Source: Candidatus Acidiferrum sp.
Lineage (GTDB): Bacteria; Acidobacteriota; Terriglobia; Acidiferrales; UBA7541
Direction: 5' to 3'
Assembly: GCA_035309625.1 (NCBI GenBank)
Contig: DATGEY010000027.1
Location: forward strand, 945-64,944
DNA length: 64,000 nucleotides
Program-made: the position numbers and the translations under genes
The notes under the pieces: model-generated
Told to the model about the DNA's origin: nothing
What the model saw: the letters and a program-made list of their open reading frames with translations, nothing else
Database searches by the model: none
Shown: positions 1 to 9,353 of the stretch, piece by piece
Layout: every line of letters starts with the position of its first letter
Numbering within the stretch: the stretch's first letter is position 1

Positions 1-246
1 GCCACCAAGGGAGTCTGCGTGAATGCCATCGCGCCGGGCGTGTTTCGCACCGAACTGAATGCCGGGTTGCTGGATGGAACGGAGCGGGGCCAAGAATTCA
101 AGCTGCGCACCCCGATGCATCGTTTCGGGCAATTGGATGAACTGGCGGGAGCAGCCGTGTTTTTGGCATCGGATGCCGCGAGTTACGTAACCGGGCACGT
201 GCTAGCGGTGGATGGCGGCATTTTGGCCAGCGGCGTGAATCAGTAG
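1..246 (+). CDS. SDR family oxidoreductase, C-terminal part (gluconate 5-dehydrogenase/KduD-like); 5' end lies outside the window
   Basis: VNAIAPG...RTPMHRFG...AVFLASDAASYVTGHVLAVDGG is the typical SDR C-terminus; TAG at 244-246. Confidence 0.85.
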   Translation, partial: ATKGVCVNAIAPGVFRTELNAGLLDGTERGQEFKLRTPMHRFGQLDELAGAAVFLASDAASYVTGHVLAVDGGILASGVNQ

Positions 247-392
247 GGACAAGTCTTAACAGGGAAAGAGTTCAAGAGGACAGGAGTTGGGAATCGAAGT
301 GCAGAACCGTCCGTCGGCTGATTGGTGTTTCCGGGGACGGCACCCATGCATTGTGCGTGTCATGGGGGTGTGGTAGGGTTTGCGGGAAGTAT

Positions 393-1124
393 ATGGCGGA
401 GACTACCTACCTTGCGGCGGCCACCCTCCGGGAAACCAACGTACCGCGTGCCGTGCGCTTCTCCCTGCTGGTACGAATCACGCACTGGCTTAACACGATC
501 AGTTTCATTGCGCTGGTGGTCAGCGGATTTGGCATTTTGCTGGCGCATCCGCGGTTTTATTGGGGCGAGACCGGCGGGCTGGGAACTCCCTCGATTTTCG
601 ATTTGCCGCTGCCGTTCATGCTGGGCGGGCCGTCAGGCTGGGGCCGGTATATGCACTTTCAGGCCGCCTGGCTGTGCGTGCTGACGGGATTGCTGTACGC
701 GATTTCCGGACTGCTGTCGCAGCATTTCCGCAGGAATTTTTGGCCGGCCAAGGGGCAGCTTTCGTGGAGTTCGCTGCGCAGCGAATTTTGGAATCATTTG
801 CGATTCAAGAAGCCGCCGGCCGAAGAAGCATACAGCTACAACACGCTGCAGAGGCTTTCCTACCTGATAGTCGTTTTCTTTTTATTTCCGCTGATGATCT
901 GGACCGGGATGGCGATGTCGCCAGCGGTAACATCGGTGTTTCCGTTTTTCGTGACGTCCAGCGGAGGCTATGAGACCGCGCGAACGATTCACTTTTTCGC
1001 CGCGAATCTTCTGGTGGTGTTCGTGCTGGTGCACGTGGCGATGGTGTGCCTGGCGGGATTCGTGCAGCGCACAAGAGCGATGATCACCGGCCGAGTGAGC
1101 GGCGGGAAGGAGAGGCCATCATGA
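393..1124 (+). CDS. Cytochrome b/b6-domain membrane protein (Ni-hydrogenase cytb/YdhU-like), partner of the downstream molybdoenzyme
   Basis: Four hydrophobic helices carrying His ligands (RITHW, MHF, TIHF, LVHV) and YNTLQRLSY motif; ATG at 393. Confidence 0.85.
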   Translation: MAETTYLAAATLRETNVPRAVRFSLLVRITHWLNTISFIALVVSGFGILLAHPRFYWGETGGLGTPSIFDLPLPFMLGGPSGWGRYMHFQAAWLCVLTGLLYAISGLLSQHFRRNFWPAKGQLSWSSLRSEFWNHLRFKKPPAEEAYSYNTLQRLSYLIVVFFLFPLMIWTGMAMSPAVTSVFPFFVTSSGGYETARTIHFFAANLLVVFVLVHVAMVCLAGFVQRTRAMITGRVSGGKERPS

Positions 1125-1882
1125 GCGGAAATGTTTCGCGGCGCAAATGGATCACGACGGGATTTGCGGCAGCGGCAGGCGCAGCGGGTCTGGGAGTTGC
1201 GGCAAAGATTGCGGATCACTACGGACTGATCCCACCGGACTGTGGCGGCATCTGGGGAGCGGGGGAAACGCTGACGTATGCCACGCAGCGGCTATTGATG
1301 GCGAGCGGTTCGCTGGCGCGAGAGTTCAACCGAAGCGAGGTTTCCAAAGTGGTGCCGGTGAGCGGACCGCAACCGAAGACCGATCCTTATCAGCGGCTGC
1401 TGGCAGGGGGATTCGCCGACTGGCGGCTGACGGTGGACGGGTTGGTGGCCAGGCCGTCGCTGTTTTCGCTCGATGAGATCAAGCGAATGCCGGCGAAAAG
1501 CCAGATCACGCACCAGGCCTGCGAAGAGGGCTGGTCGTTCATCGCGGAGTGGACCGGCGTGCCGCTGTCGTACGTGATGAATCTGGTGGGAGTTTCGCCG
1601 AAAGCAAAGTTCGCGGTGTTCTATCCGTTCGATTGGTCGTGGGACAGCCTGGACTTGCCGGATGCGTATCACGCGCAGACATTCCTGGCGTACAACTTGA
1701 ATGGGCGGGACTTGCCGGCGGATCACGGAGCGCCTTTACGTGTGCGGGTGGCGAGGCAACTGGGGTACAAGAGCGTAAAATATCTGCACAAAATTACGTT
1801 CGTGGATTCGATGAAAAAAGTGGGCGATGGTCGCGGGTCGGCTGCACCCTCGTACGGATATTCATGGTACGCAGGGATTTAA
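1121..1882 (+). CDS. Molybdopterin-dependent oxidoreductase, sulfite oxidase/MsrP (YedY) family, Tat-exported
   Basis: SRRKWI Tat signal; HQACEEGWS Mo-ligand Cys; HGAPLR and GYKSVK motifs; ATGA overlap with the upstream stop. Confidence 0.88.
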   Translation: MSGNVSRRKWITTGFAAAAGAAGLGVAAKIADHYGLIPPDCGGIWGAGETLTYATQRLLMASGSLAREFNRSEVSKVVPVSGPQPKTDPYQRLLAGGFADWRLTVDGLVARPSLFSLDEIKRMPAKSQITHQACEEGWSFIAEWTGVPLSYVMNLVGVSPKAKFAVFYPFDWSWDSLDLPDAYHAQTFLAYNLNGRDLPADHGAPLRVRVARQLGYKSVKYLHKITFVDSMKKVGDGRGSAAPSYGYSWYAGI

Positions 1883-1956
1883 ATCACAGCGGCTGGACTG
1901 TAAAGAGCTGAATAATACATTGAAAATATAGAGTTTCGGTTCAGGCCTGGGCGATT

Positions 1957-1982
1957 GGGCCGCAGCACTGCTGCGCTCCTAC
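1957..1982 (-). repeat. GTAG-family REP-like palindrome
   Basis: Reverse strand reads GTAGGAGCGCAGCAGTGCTGCGGCCC; same core as the copies at 24545, 24591 and 27094; lies between convergent genes. Confidence 0.7.
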
Positions 1983-1994
1983 GATGGCCTCGCG

Positions 1995-2669
1995 CTACGC
2001 GCTTCCACTTGCGGCGGCTAGTTTGGCGCGGGCGGCGGCGACGATTTCCAGGAAATTGCGGGCGGTTTCCACGATTTGTTCGGGATGATTGGATTTCAGG
2101 GCGTCGGCGTGCACCAGCTCACCGCCGATACCCAGCGCAGCGGCGCCAGCTTCGATAAATTCGGCGGCGGTGTTCAAGTTGACGCCGCCGGTGGGGACCA
2201 GCGGAATTTGCGGCAGCGGACCTTTCAGCGCTTTGATGTATTTTGCGCCGCCGACCTGGCCACAGGGAAAAACTTTTACCAGGTCGGAGCCGTCAGTCCA
2301 GGCCCGGATGATTTCGGTGGGAGTCAGGGCTCCGGCCAGGATGAGCTTGGATTCGCGGACCGCGAGCTCTACCGTCGCACGGTTGAAGCCGGGACTGACC
2401 AGAAACTGGGCGCCGGCGTCGAGGCAGCGGCGGGCTTCCTCCGCGTTCAGCACGGTGCCCGCGCCGACCAGGATTTCGTTACCGGCGGCTTTTGCGAGTT
2501 CGCGGATCACCTCAATGGCGCCAGGGCAGGTCATGGTGATTTCCACGATGGGGATGCCGCCCTTGTGCACGGCTTCGGCGGCGATGCGGGCTTCGCGCGC
2601 CGAGGACGCGCGGATCACCGGGACGATTCCGATTTCTTCTATGCGGCTGCGAACTTTCTGTTTATCCAT
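1995..2669 (-). CDS. eda: KDPG/KHG aldolase
   Basis: VEITM, VGAGTV, GAQFLVSPG, TPTEI, VKVFP, PTGGVN motifs; ATG at 2669 (the longer ORF is an upstream extension). Confidence 0.93.
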   Translation of the reverse strand: MDKQKVRSRIEEIGIVPVIRASSAREARIAAEAVHKGGIPIVEITMTCPGAIEVIRELAKAAGNEILVGAGTVLNAEEARRCLDAGAQFLVSPGFNRATVELAVRESKLILAGALTPTEIIRAWTDGSDLVKVFPCGQVGGAKYIKALKGPLPQIPLVPTGGVNLNTAAEFIEAGAAALGIGGELVHADALKSNHPEQIVETARNFLEIVAAARAKLAAASGSA

Positions 2670-2741
2670 TGGAGCTTTCTCGCTTGCAGCGGTTATGATC
2701 GTGAACCAAATTTTTGCTCGAGCGTCGTGGTCTTGCCAACT

Positions 2742-2767
2742 GGGGTTCAGCATTGCTGAACCCCTAC
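2742..2767 (-). repeat. GTAG-family REP-like palindrome (variant)
   Basis: Reverse strand reads GTAGGGGTTCAGCAATGCTGAACCCC; stem GGGGTTCAGCA/TGCTGAACCCC; intergenic between kdgK and eda. Confidence 0.72.
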
Positions 2768-2776
2768 GAAGAAATC

Positions 2777-3871
2777 TTAACGGGCTATGCGGGCGCCTAC
2801 GCCTTTCATTACTTGCAGAACTTCTTGCAAGGTGACCATGGAGGTGTCCCCGGGGGTGGTCATGGCCAGGGCGCCGTGAGCCGCGCCGCACTCCACGGAC
2901 CACTGGGGATCTTTGCCGGCGAGGAAACCATAGATTAAACCAGAAGCAAAGGAATCGCCGCCGCCTACGCGATCGAAGATTTCCAGATTTTCGCGGTTTT
3001 TGGCTTGATAGAACTGGCCATCGGAGTAGCAGACCGCGCCCCAATCGTTGAGCGTGGCGGTTTTTGCCTTGCGCAGCGTGGTGGCGACGACCTGGAATGG
3101 GTAATCCCTTACAACTTTTCCGATCATTTGCTGAAAGCTTTCGACTTCGAAGGCGGAGTGATGCTCGTCCATGCCGGGAACTTCATAGCCCAAAGCGGCG
3201 GAAAAATCTTCTTCGTTGCCAAGCATGACGTCGACGTGGGGAGCGATACGACGATTTACTTCTTGGGCTTGCTTTTTTCCGCCGAGAGATTTCCAGAGCG
3301 AGGCGCGGTAGTTCAAGTCGTAGGAGACGATGACGCCGTGGCGCCTGGCGGATTGCATGGCTTCGACGGCAACTTCCGGAGTGGTGGAGGACAGGGCGCA
3401 GAAGATGCCGCCGGTGTGAAACCAGCGCGCGCCTTGCGATCCGAAGATTTGGTCCCAGTCGATTTCGCCTTTTTTCAGGTTGGATACGGCGGTGTGGCCA
3501 CGGTCGTAAGAACCAAGTGCGGCGCGGACGCCGAATCCACGTTCGGTGAAATTGAGGCCGTTACGGGCGGCGCGGCCGACGCCATCGTGCTCGACCCAGC
3601 GGATGAGAGATGCGTCGACACCGCCTTGATAGACGAGATCCTGGAGCAAGCGCCCGACAGGATCATCGGCAAACGCGGTGACTACGGCGGTGTCCATACC
3701 GAAACAACGCTTCAAGCCGCGGGCGACGTTGTATTCGCCGCCGCCTTCGCAGACTTCGAAGGAGCGGGTGGTGGCAATGCGTTTTTCGCCGGGATCGAAG
3801 CGGATCATGATTTCGCCAAGGCTGACGAGGTCCCAGCGGCACTGCTGTTTCGGTTTGATGTGCAGCGGCAC
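2777..3871 (-). CDS. kdgK: 2-keto-3-deoxygluconate kinase (PfkB family)
   Basis: GGGEYNVA, SYDLNYR, DRVGGGDSF PfkB motifs; adjacent to eda. Confidence 0.9.
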   Translation of the reverse strand: MPLHIKPKQQCRWDLVSLGEIMIRFDPGEKRIATTRSFEVCEGGGEYNVARGLKRCFGMDTAVVTAFADDPVGRLLQDLVYQGGVDASLIRWVEHDGVGRAARNGLNFTERGFGVRAALGSYDRGHTAVSNLKKGEIDWDQIFGSQGARWFHTGGIFCALSSTTPEVAVEAMQSARRHGVIVSYDLNYRASLWKSLGGKKQAQEVNRRIAPHVDVMLGNEEDFSAALGYEVPGMDEHHSAFEVESFQQMIGKVVRDYPFQVVATTLRKAKTATLNDWGAVCYSDGQFYQAKNRENLEIFDRVGGGDSFASGLIYGFLAGKDPQWSVECGAAHGALAMTTPGDTSMVTLQEVLQVMKGVGARIAR

Positions 3872-3895
3872 GCTGGCTTCCTCCGATAAAACGCT

Positions 3896-5236
3896 TCAGG
3901 TGATTCTGGCGGGCTCCAGTTTAGGCGCTAACAGGTGAATCAGGAATAGGGCGAGGAGGTAAGCGCTTCCGGCCATCAAGAACGGGATCATGTAGCTGCC
4001 GGTCCACTGAAGAGCGTGGCCGACTACTTCGGCGATAAGCATGCCGCCGATGGCGCCGGCCATGCCGCCGATGCCGACCACGGAGCCCACGGCGCGAGCG
4101 GGGAACATGTCGGAAGTTAAGGTGTAAAGATTCGCGGAGAAGCCCTGGTGGGCGGCAGCGGCAAGGCCGATGAGGAAAACGGCGCCCCACAGGCTTTCGA
4201 TGCGATAGGCAAAAATGATGGGAGTGACGCCGAGGGCGCAGATGAGCATGGTGATTTTGCGGGCGGCGTTGACGCTGCTGCCGCGATGGATCAGGCGGGA
4301 GGATAGCCATCCGCCAGCGACGCTGCCGATATCTGAAATTACATAGATGACCATGATGGGCACACCGATGTTCATTAGCGCGAGACCGTGCTGGCGCTGC
4401 AGGAAATCGGGAACCCAGAAGAGATAGAACCACCAGATGGGATCGGTGAGAAATTTGCCGACGGCGAAAGTCCAGGTCTGGCGGTGCGGAAACAAGGCCC
4501 GCCAACCGATTTTGCCGGTGGGTTCGGAGGGATCGGAGCGAATGTAGGCGAGTTCGGCTTTGGAGACTCTGGGATGCTCTTCGGGTTTGCGATACAGCAA
4601 GAACCAAAAGATGAGCCAGACAAATCCGAGTGCGCCGGTGAGAAGGAAGGCGGAGCGCCAGCCCCAATGCACGGCGATCCAGGGGACGATTAGCGGCGTG
4701 ACGATGGCGCCGGCATTGGTGCCGGCGTTAAAGATGCCGGTGGCGAGGGCGCGCTCTCGTTTGGGGAACCATTCGGCAACGCACTTGATGCTGGCGGGAA
4801 AAACACCGGCCTCGCCGAAACCGAGAGCGGTGCGCGCCAGGGCAAAGGTGGCAAAAGAACCGGCAGCAGCGTGGGCCATGGAGGCAAGGCTCCAGAAGGC
4901 CATGGCGAGAGCGTAACCAACGCGGGTGCCGAGGCGGTCGATGAGGCGGCCCATCAGCAGCATCCCGGCTCCGTAGGCGATTTGAAAATAGGAGACTAGA
5001 TTGCCGTATTGGATTTCATTCCAGCCGAAGTCGTGTTGCAGGGTGGTTTTGAGGACGCCAAGAACCTGGCGATCGATGTAATTCTTGGTTACGCCTAAGA
5101 GGAGGAGGGCGCAGATGACCCAACGGAAATAGCCCGCGCGGGAGGAAGGCAATGGGGAAGAAAGCTCATCTGCTTGCGGTAAGGCGAGATTCGCCGCAGG
5201 TGCGAGGGCGTTGGGCGGAGGATTGGGGTTAGGCAC
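3896..5236 (-). CDS. exuT: MFS hexuronate transporter (ExuT-like, ACS family)
   Basis: NYIDRQ, EWFPKRERALATGIFNAG, KFLTDPIWWFYLFW, AHQGFSANL; probable GTG start at 5236. Confidence 0.85.
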   Translation of the reverse strand: MPNPNPPPNALAPAANLALPQADELSSPLPSSRAGYFRWVICALLLLGVTKNYIDRQVLGVLKTTLQHDFGWNEIQYGNLVSYFQIAYGAGMLLMGRLIDRLGTRVGYALAMAFWSLASMAHAAAGSFATFALARTALGFGEAGVFPASIKCVAEWFPKRERALATGIFNAGTNAGAIVTPLIVPWIAVHWGWRSAFLLTGALGFVWLIFWFLLYRKPEEHPRVSKAELAYIRSDPSEPTGKIGWRALFPHRQTWTFAVGKFLTDPIWWFYLFWVPDFLQRQHGLALMNIGVPIMVIYVISDIGSVAGGWLSSRLIHRGSSVNAARKITMLICALGVTPIIFAYRIESLWGAVFLIGLAAAAHQGFSANLYTLTSDMFPARAVGSVVGIGGMAGAIGGMLIAEVVGHALQWTGSYMIPFLMAGSAYLLALFLIHLLAPKLEPARIT

Positions 5237-5241
5237 GAGTT

Positions 5242-6450
5242 CTACCAGCTGTGCATGGTGCCGTCTAGTTTGCGGTTGATAGGGAGGTATGCGCGGGTGT
5301 AGGGGTGCTTGGCGGCCTGCTGCTCGTCGATGTCCACACCCAGGCCGGGAGCTTCGCCGGGGTGCATCATGCCGTCGGCAAAGGTGTAGGCGTGGGGAAA
5401 GACGCGATCGGTTTCGGGGGAGTGGTGCATGTATTCCTGGATGCCGAAATTGTGGACGCTGAGGTCGAAATGCAGGGCGGCGGCCATGCAAACGGGGCTC
5501 ATGTCGGTGGCGCCGTGGCAGCCGGTGCGCACATGGTACAGCTCGGCAAGGCTGGCGATCTTGCGGAGGTGAGAGATGCCGCCGGCGTGAACAACAGCCG
5601 CGCGGATGTAATCAATTAGCTGCTCCTGGATGAGCTGCTGGCAATCGTATATGGAGTTGAAGACTTCGCCGACGGCGAGAGGCGTGGTGGTGTGGCGGCG
5701 GATCAAGCGAAAACTTTCCTGCAGCTCGGCGGGGACCACATCTTCGAGCCAGAAAAGATGATAGGGCTCGAGCTCTTTGCCGAGACGGGCGGCTTCGATG
5801 GGAGTGAGGCGATGGTGTGCATCGTGGAGGAGGTGGAGATCGGAGCCAAACTCTTTTCTGAGGCGTTCGAACAGGCGGGGAACGAAATTGAGGTAGAGCT
5901 CGGAGCTCCAGGCATCTTCGGGTGGCGCGCCTTTTTCGGCAGGTTCGTAATACATGGTGCCGCGGCCGACGCCATAAGTGCTTTCGAGGCCGGGGATGCC
6001 GCTTTGGGCGCGAATGGCTTTGTAGCCGAGCTTGGCGTACTGGGCTACGGCGGCAACGGTGGAGTCTATGTCTTTGCCATTGGCGTGGCCGTAGACCATG
6101 ACGGCCTCGCGGGAGGCGCCACCGAGCAATTGGTAGAGAGGAACGTTGAGGGATTTGGCTTTGATGTCCCAGAGCGCGGTATCGACGGCGGAGACCGAGG
6201 CCATGGTGACCGGACCGCGGCGCCAGTACGCACCCTTGTAAAGGTATTGCCAAGTATCTTCGATGCGGCGAGCGTCGCGGCCGATGAGCAGGGGGATAAC
6301 GTGATCGGAAAGATAGCTGGCGACGGCAAGCTCGCGGCCATTGAGGGTGGCGTCGCCGAGGCCGTGCAAGCCGTCTTCCGTGGCGACCTTCAAGGTGACG
6401 AAATTACGGCCGGGGCTGCAGACGATCACTTTGGCGTCGGTTATGCGCAT
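5242..6450 (-). CDS. manD: D-mannonate dehydratase (enolase superfamily, ManD/RspA)
   Basis: [51 protein letters not shown] motifs. Confidence 0.92.
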   Translation of the reverse strand: MRITDAKVIVCSPGRNFVTLKVATEDGLHGLGDATLNGRELAVASYLSDHVIPLLIGRDARRIEDTWQYLYKGAYWRRGPVTMASVSAVDTALWDIKAKSLNVPLYQLLGGASREAVMVYGHANGKDIDSTVAAVAQYAKLGYKAIRAQSGIPGLESTYGVGRGTMYYEPAEKGAPPEDAWSSELYLNFVPRLFERLRKEFGSDLHLLHDAHHRLTPIEAARLGKELEPYHLFWLEDVVPAELQESFRLIRRHTTTPLAVGEVFNSIYDCQQLIQEQLIDYIRAAVVHAGGISHLRKIASLAELYHVRTGCHGATDMSPVCMAAALHFDLSVHNFGIQEYMHHSPETDRVFPHAYTFADGMMHPGEAPGLGVDIDEQQAAKHPYTRAYLPINRKLDGTMHSW

Positions 6451-6528
6451 CGCGAATGGAGTCCTGTACTCACTTTCTGCAAAATAACGCCGGCTGTAAA
6501 CGCAGGGCGGCGCAGAGAACTATACGCG

Positions 6529-6867
6529 TTAGGATTCCAGTTTGAAAATTCTTTCCATCAGCAGCCACTTCTCACCGGCCTTGGCCTCAGGCAGAGGCTG
6601 TTGAAATTTCCACATCAGTTCCTCCCACTCGCGGACTTTGGGATTGGCGCGATCGGCGCCGGCTTTGGCGTCGAAGGAAAACCGGTCGTTGACTTCCATG
6701 ATCATGAACATGCGGGAGCCGAGGAGATAGATTTCCATGTCGACAATCCCGGACTTTCGGATGCTGGCGGTAATCTCCGGCCAGATTTTCCGGTGATAGC
6801 GGCGATACTCGGCGATCAGCGCGGCATCGTCTTTGAGGTCGAGAGTGAGGCAGTATCGTTTGTTCAT
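6529..6867 (-). CDS. L-rhamnose/L-fucose mutarotase (RhaM/DUF718 family)
   Basis: EYRRYHRKIWPE, MEIYLLG, WEELMWKFQ; ATG at 6867. Confidence 0.85.
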   Translation of the reverse strand: MNKRYCLTLDLKDDAALIAEYRRYHRKIWPEITASIRKSGIVDMEIYLLGSRMFMIMEVNDRFSFDAKAGADRANPKVREWEELMWKFQQPLPEAKAGEKWLLMERIFKLES

Positions 6868-6904
6868 TCGGTTTTTCCAGGCGAGAGCGAATGCCGCCAA
6901 GCGA

Positions 6905-7687
6905 TTAGGTCAAAGCGCGGTCCAGATGAACGTAGCCGCCGTCGACAAGTACGTGCTGCCCGGTCACGTGACGGGCTTGCGCCGAAATAAGGAAGATAGC
7001 CATGGAGGCGATTTCGTGAGGCTCGGTCATGCGTTTGGCCAATGGAATTTTCGCGGTGATGCGCTTCAGCTTCTCTTCCGGATCCGGAAAGGTAGCTAGC
7101 CATTGTTTATACAAGGGGGTCATTACTTCAGCGGGTAGCAGCGCGTTGACGCGAATGCCATAGGGAAGCAGTTCGGCGGCCCACTCGCGGGTGAGGGCGA
7201 GAATAGCGCCTTTGGACGCCGCATAGCCGGAGGTGCCGCCCTGGCCGGTGAGGGCGACCTTGGAGGCGATATTCAGGATGCAGCCTTGCGATTTCTTCAA
7301 GGCCGGGAGGGCGTAGTGGGCCATGTTGTAGTAGTGGACGAGATTCAGATTGAGAGAGCGCAGGAATTTTTCCGGGCTGCCGTGTTCGAGGCCGGCGTTG
7401 TCGTTGATTCCGGCATTATTGACCAGCACGTCGAGGCGGCCGAAATCGCGCAGAGTGGCGTCGATGGCTGCGGCGCAGTTGGCGGCGGGCAATAAATCAG
7501 CGGCGATTATGCCGCAGGAAGCGCCGGACTTCCGTAGTTCCGCTTGCAAATGTTTCGCGGCATCGTCATCTTTGTCGGCCAGGACGGGAACCGCGCCCTC
7601 GCGCGCGCAGCCGCGAGCGATGGAGGCGCCGATGCCTTTGGCGCCGCCGGTGATGAGGACCACGTGGTCTTTAAGCTGCAAGTCCAT
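6905..7687 (-). CDS. SDR oxidoreductase, probable L-fucose dehydrogenase
   Basis: TGGAKGIG, NNAGIND, YAASK, PAEVMTPLY, DGGYVHLDRAL; flanked by lactonase and mutarotase genes. Confidence 0.82.
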   Translation of the reverse strand: MDLQLKDHVVLITGGAKGIGASIARGCAREGAVPVLADKDDDAAKHLQAELRKSGASCGIIAADLLPAANCAAAIDATLRDFGRLDVLVNNAGINDNAGLEHGSPEKFLRSLNLNLVHYYNMAHYALPALKKSQGCILNIASKVALTGQGGTSGYAASKGAILALTREWAAELLPYGIRVNALLPAEVMTPLYKQWLATFPDPEEKLKRITAKIPLAKRMTEPHEIASMAIFLISAQARHVTGQHVLVDGGYVHLDRALT

Positions 7688-8525
7688 GTTCGGCCTGTTT
7701 CAAACCGTAAAATCGCGTGGCGTTGGCGCCAAAAATCTTTTCTTTCGCGGACTCAGAAAATCCCTTCAGGTAGTCCGCGATCAACTGTTCTACCTGATGA
7801 TAAGTTGCGGCGACCAGACAGACCGGCCAGTCGGAGCCAAACAGCAGACGGTCCGCGCCGAAGGCGTCGAATACGACGTCGAGGTAGGGTCGGAAATCCT
7901 CGGGTTGCCAGTTGTTCCAATCGGCCTCGCTGACCATGCCGGAGAGTTTGCAGCATACGTTCTTATGTTGCGCAATTTCTTGTATCTGTGCGGCCCAGGG
8001 TGACGTCTTCCCGGCCTTGATTTCCGGCTTGGCCAGATGATCGAGCACAAAACGCTGCTGGGGGAGACGCGAACAAAGTTCGATGGCGGCAGGCAACTGC
8101 TTGGGATAGACAAGAAGGTCGTAGGTGAAACCGAAAGCGTGCAAATGCGCGACGCCGTTGACGAAGTTTTCGCGGACGAGAAAGCGGTCGTCGGGCTCGG
8201 CCTGCGCGACATGCCGGAAGCCGCGCAACTTGGGGAAATGAGAAAAGTGCTCGAGGCGTTCGGCAACGTTAGAAGATTGGAGATCGACCCAGCCCACGAC
8301 GCCGGCGATTCGTTCACTCTTTTCCGCAAGATCGAGAAGAAACATGGTTTCGGTCTCGGACTGGGCGGCTTGCACGGCGATGGAGGCGTCGATGCCATTG
8401 GCCGCGAGCTCCGCGGCGAGATCGGCGGGCAAGAAGTCGCGCTTCAACACGGCCATAGCCTCGGTGATCCAGGCATCGCGTACGGCATCATAGCGCCAGA
8501 AATGCTGATGAGAATCGATCTTCAT
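7671..8525 (-). CDS. Amidohydrolase_2, probable L-fuconolactonase
   Basis: IDSHQHFW, VLDHLAKP, CKLSG, FGSDWPV motifs. Confidence 0.85.
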   Translation of the reverse strand: MKIDSHQHFWRYDAVRDAWITEAMAVLKRDFLPADLAAELAANGIDASIAVQAAQSETETMFLLDLAEKSERIAGVVGWVDLQSSNVAERLEHFSHFPKLRGFRHVAQAEPDDRFLVRENFVNGVAHLHAFGFTYDLLVYPKQLPAAIELCSRLPQQRFVLDHLAKPEIKAGKTSPWAAQIQEIAQHKNVCCKLSGMVSEADWNNWQPEDFRPYLDVVFDAFGADRLLFGSDWPVCLVAATYHQVEQLIADYLKGFSESAKEKIFGANATRFYGLKQAEHGLAA

Positions 8526-8561
8526 TCAAAACCAGCTCGCCGGGCAGCCGGCGGGTACTCT

Positions 8562-9353
8562 TCAGCGAAGATGGAAGAATCCTCCGTCGAGCGGGTAATC
8601 GCTCCCGGTAATGAATGCGGCCTCATCGGAACAAAGAAAAAGAGCCAGGGAAGCAACTTCCGCAGGCTGGCCCATGCGGCCGATGGGTTGCGAAGCGGCC
8701 AGTTTTTGAAACATCTCCTGCTCGTGGCCGGGATAATTCTTTCGGAGGTAGCCGTCTACAAATGGAGTGTGCACACGCGCGGGCGAAATGCAATTGCAGC
8801 GGATTTTGTGGGCCAGATAGTCTTTGGCTACGGAATAGGTCATGGCCACTACCGCGCCTTTGCTCATGGAATACGCGAAGCGGTCGGCCAGGGCGGCGGT
8901 GCCGGCGATGGAGGCCATGTTGAGAATCACGCCACCGCCCTGGGACTTCATGGAGCCGATCGCGGCGTAGGTGCAGTTGTAAACACCCTTCACATTGATA
9001 CGGAAGAGGCGGTCGAAATCGGCCTCGGTGGTAGTCTCGACGGTTCCGATGTGCGATACGCCGGCATTGTTCACCAGAATATCGAGGCGGCCCTGGCGGG
9101 ATAATTTCCCGAAAACATCTTTGGCGCTGGATTGATCGGAGACGTCGCAGGCAAAGGCCTGGGCGTCGCAGCCGGCGCGGACAAGCTCCTGGGCCGCCGC
9201 ATCAGCCGCTTTGTCGTCCAGGTCCAGAATGCGCACCGCCGCGCCCTGCTGGGCGAAGCGCTGCGCGATGGCGCGGCCGATTCCGCTGGCCGCTCCGGTG
9301 ATTACGGCGATTTTGCCGTCCAGGCGGAAAGGGTGGGCTTGCGGTCCGCTCAC
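8562..9353 (-). CDS. SDR oxidoreductase, probable 2-keto-3-deoxy-L-fuconate dehydrogenase
   Basis: TGAASGIG, DRFAYSMSK, ISPARVHTPFV, QPIGRMG; GTG start overlaps the stop of the UxaA-family gene. Confidence 0.8.
   Translation of the reverse strand: MSGPQAHPFRLDGKIAVITGAASGIGRAIAQRFAQQGAAVRILDLDDKAADAAAQELVRAGCDAQAFACDVSDQSSAKDVFGKLSRQGRLDILVNNAGVSHIGTVETTTEADFDRLFRINVKGVYNCTYAAIGSMKSQGGGVILNMASIAGTAALADRFAYSMSKGAVVAMTYSVAKDYLAHKIRCNCISPARVHTPFVDGYLRKNYPGHEQEMFQKLAASQPIGRMGQPAEVASLALFLCSDEAAFITGSDYPLDGGFFHLR

Noticed and set aside
247-392. Moco riboswitch upstream of the molybdoenzyme operon
   Set aside because: No recognisable conserved Moco RNA structure by eye
2670-3044. N-terminal extensions of eda, the ExuT-like gene, glk and the binding-protein ORF
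   Set aside because: They overlap neighbouring genes, a REP or the tRNA; internal starts match family lengths
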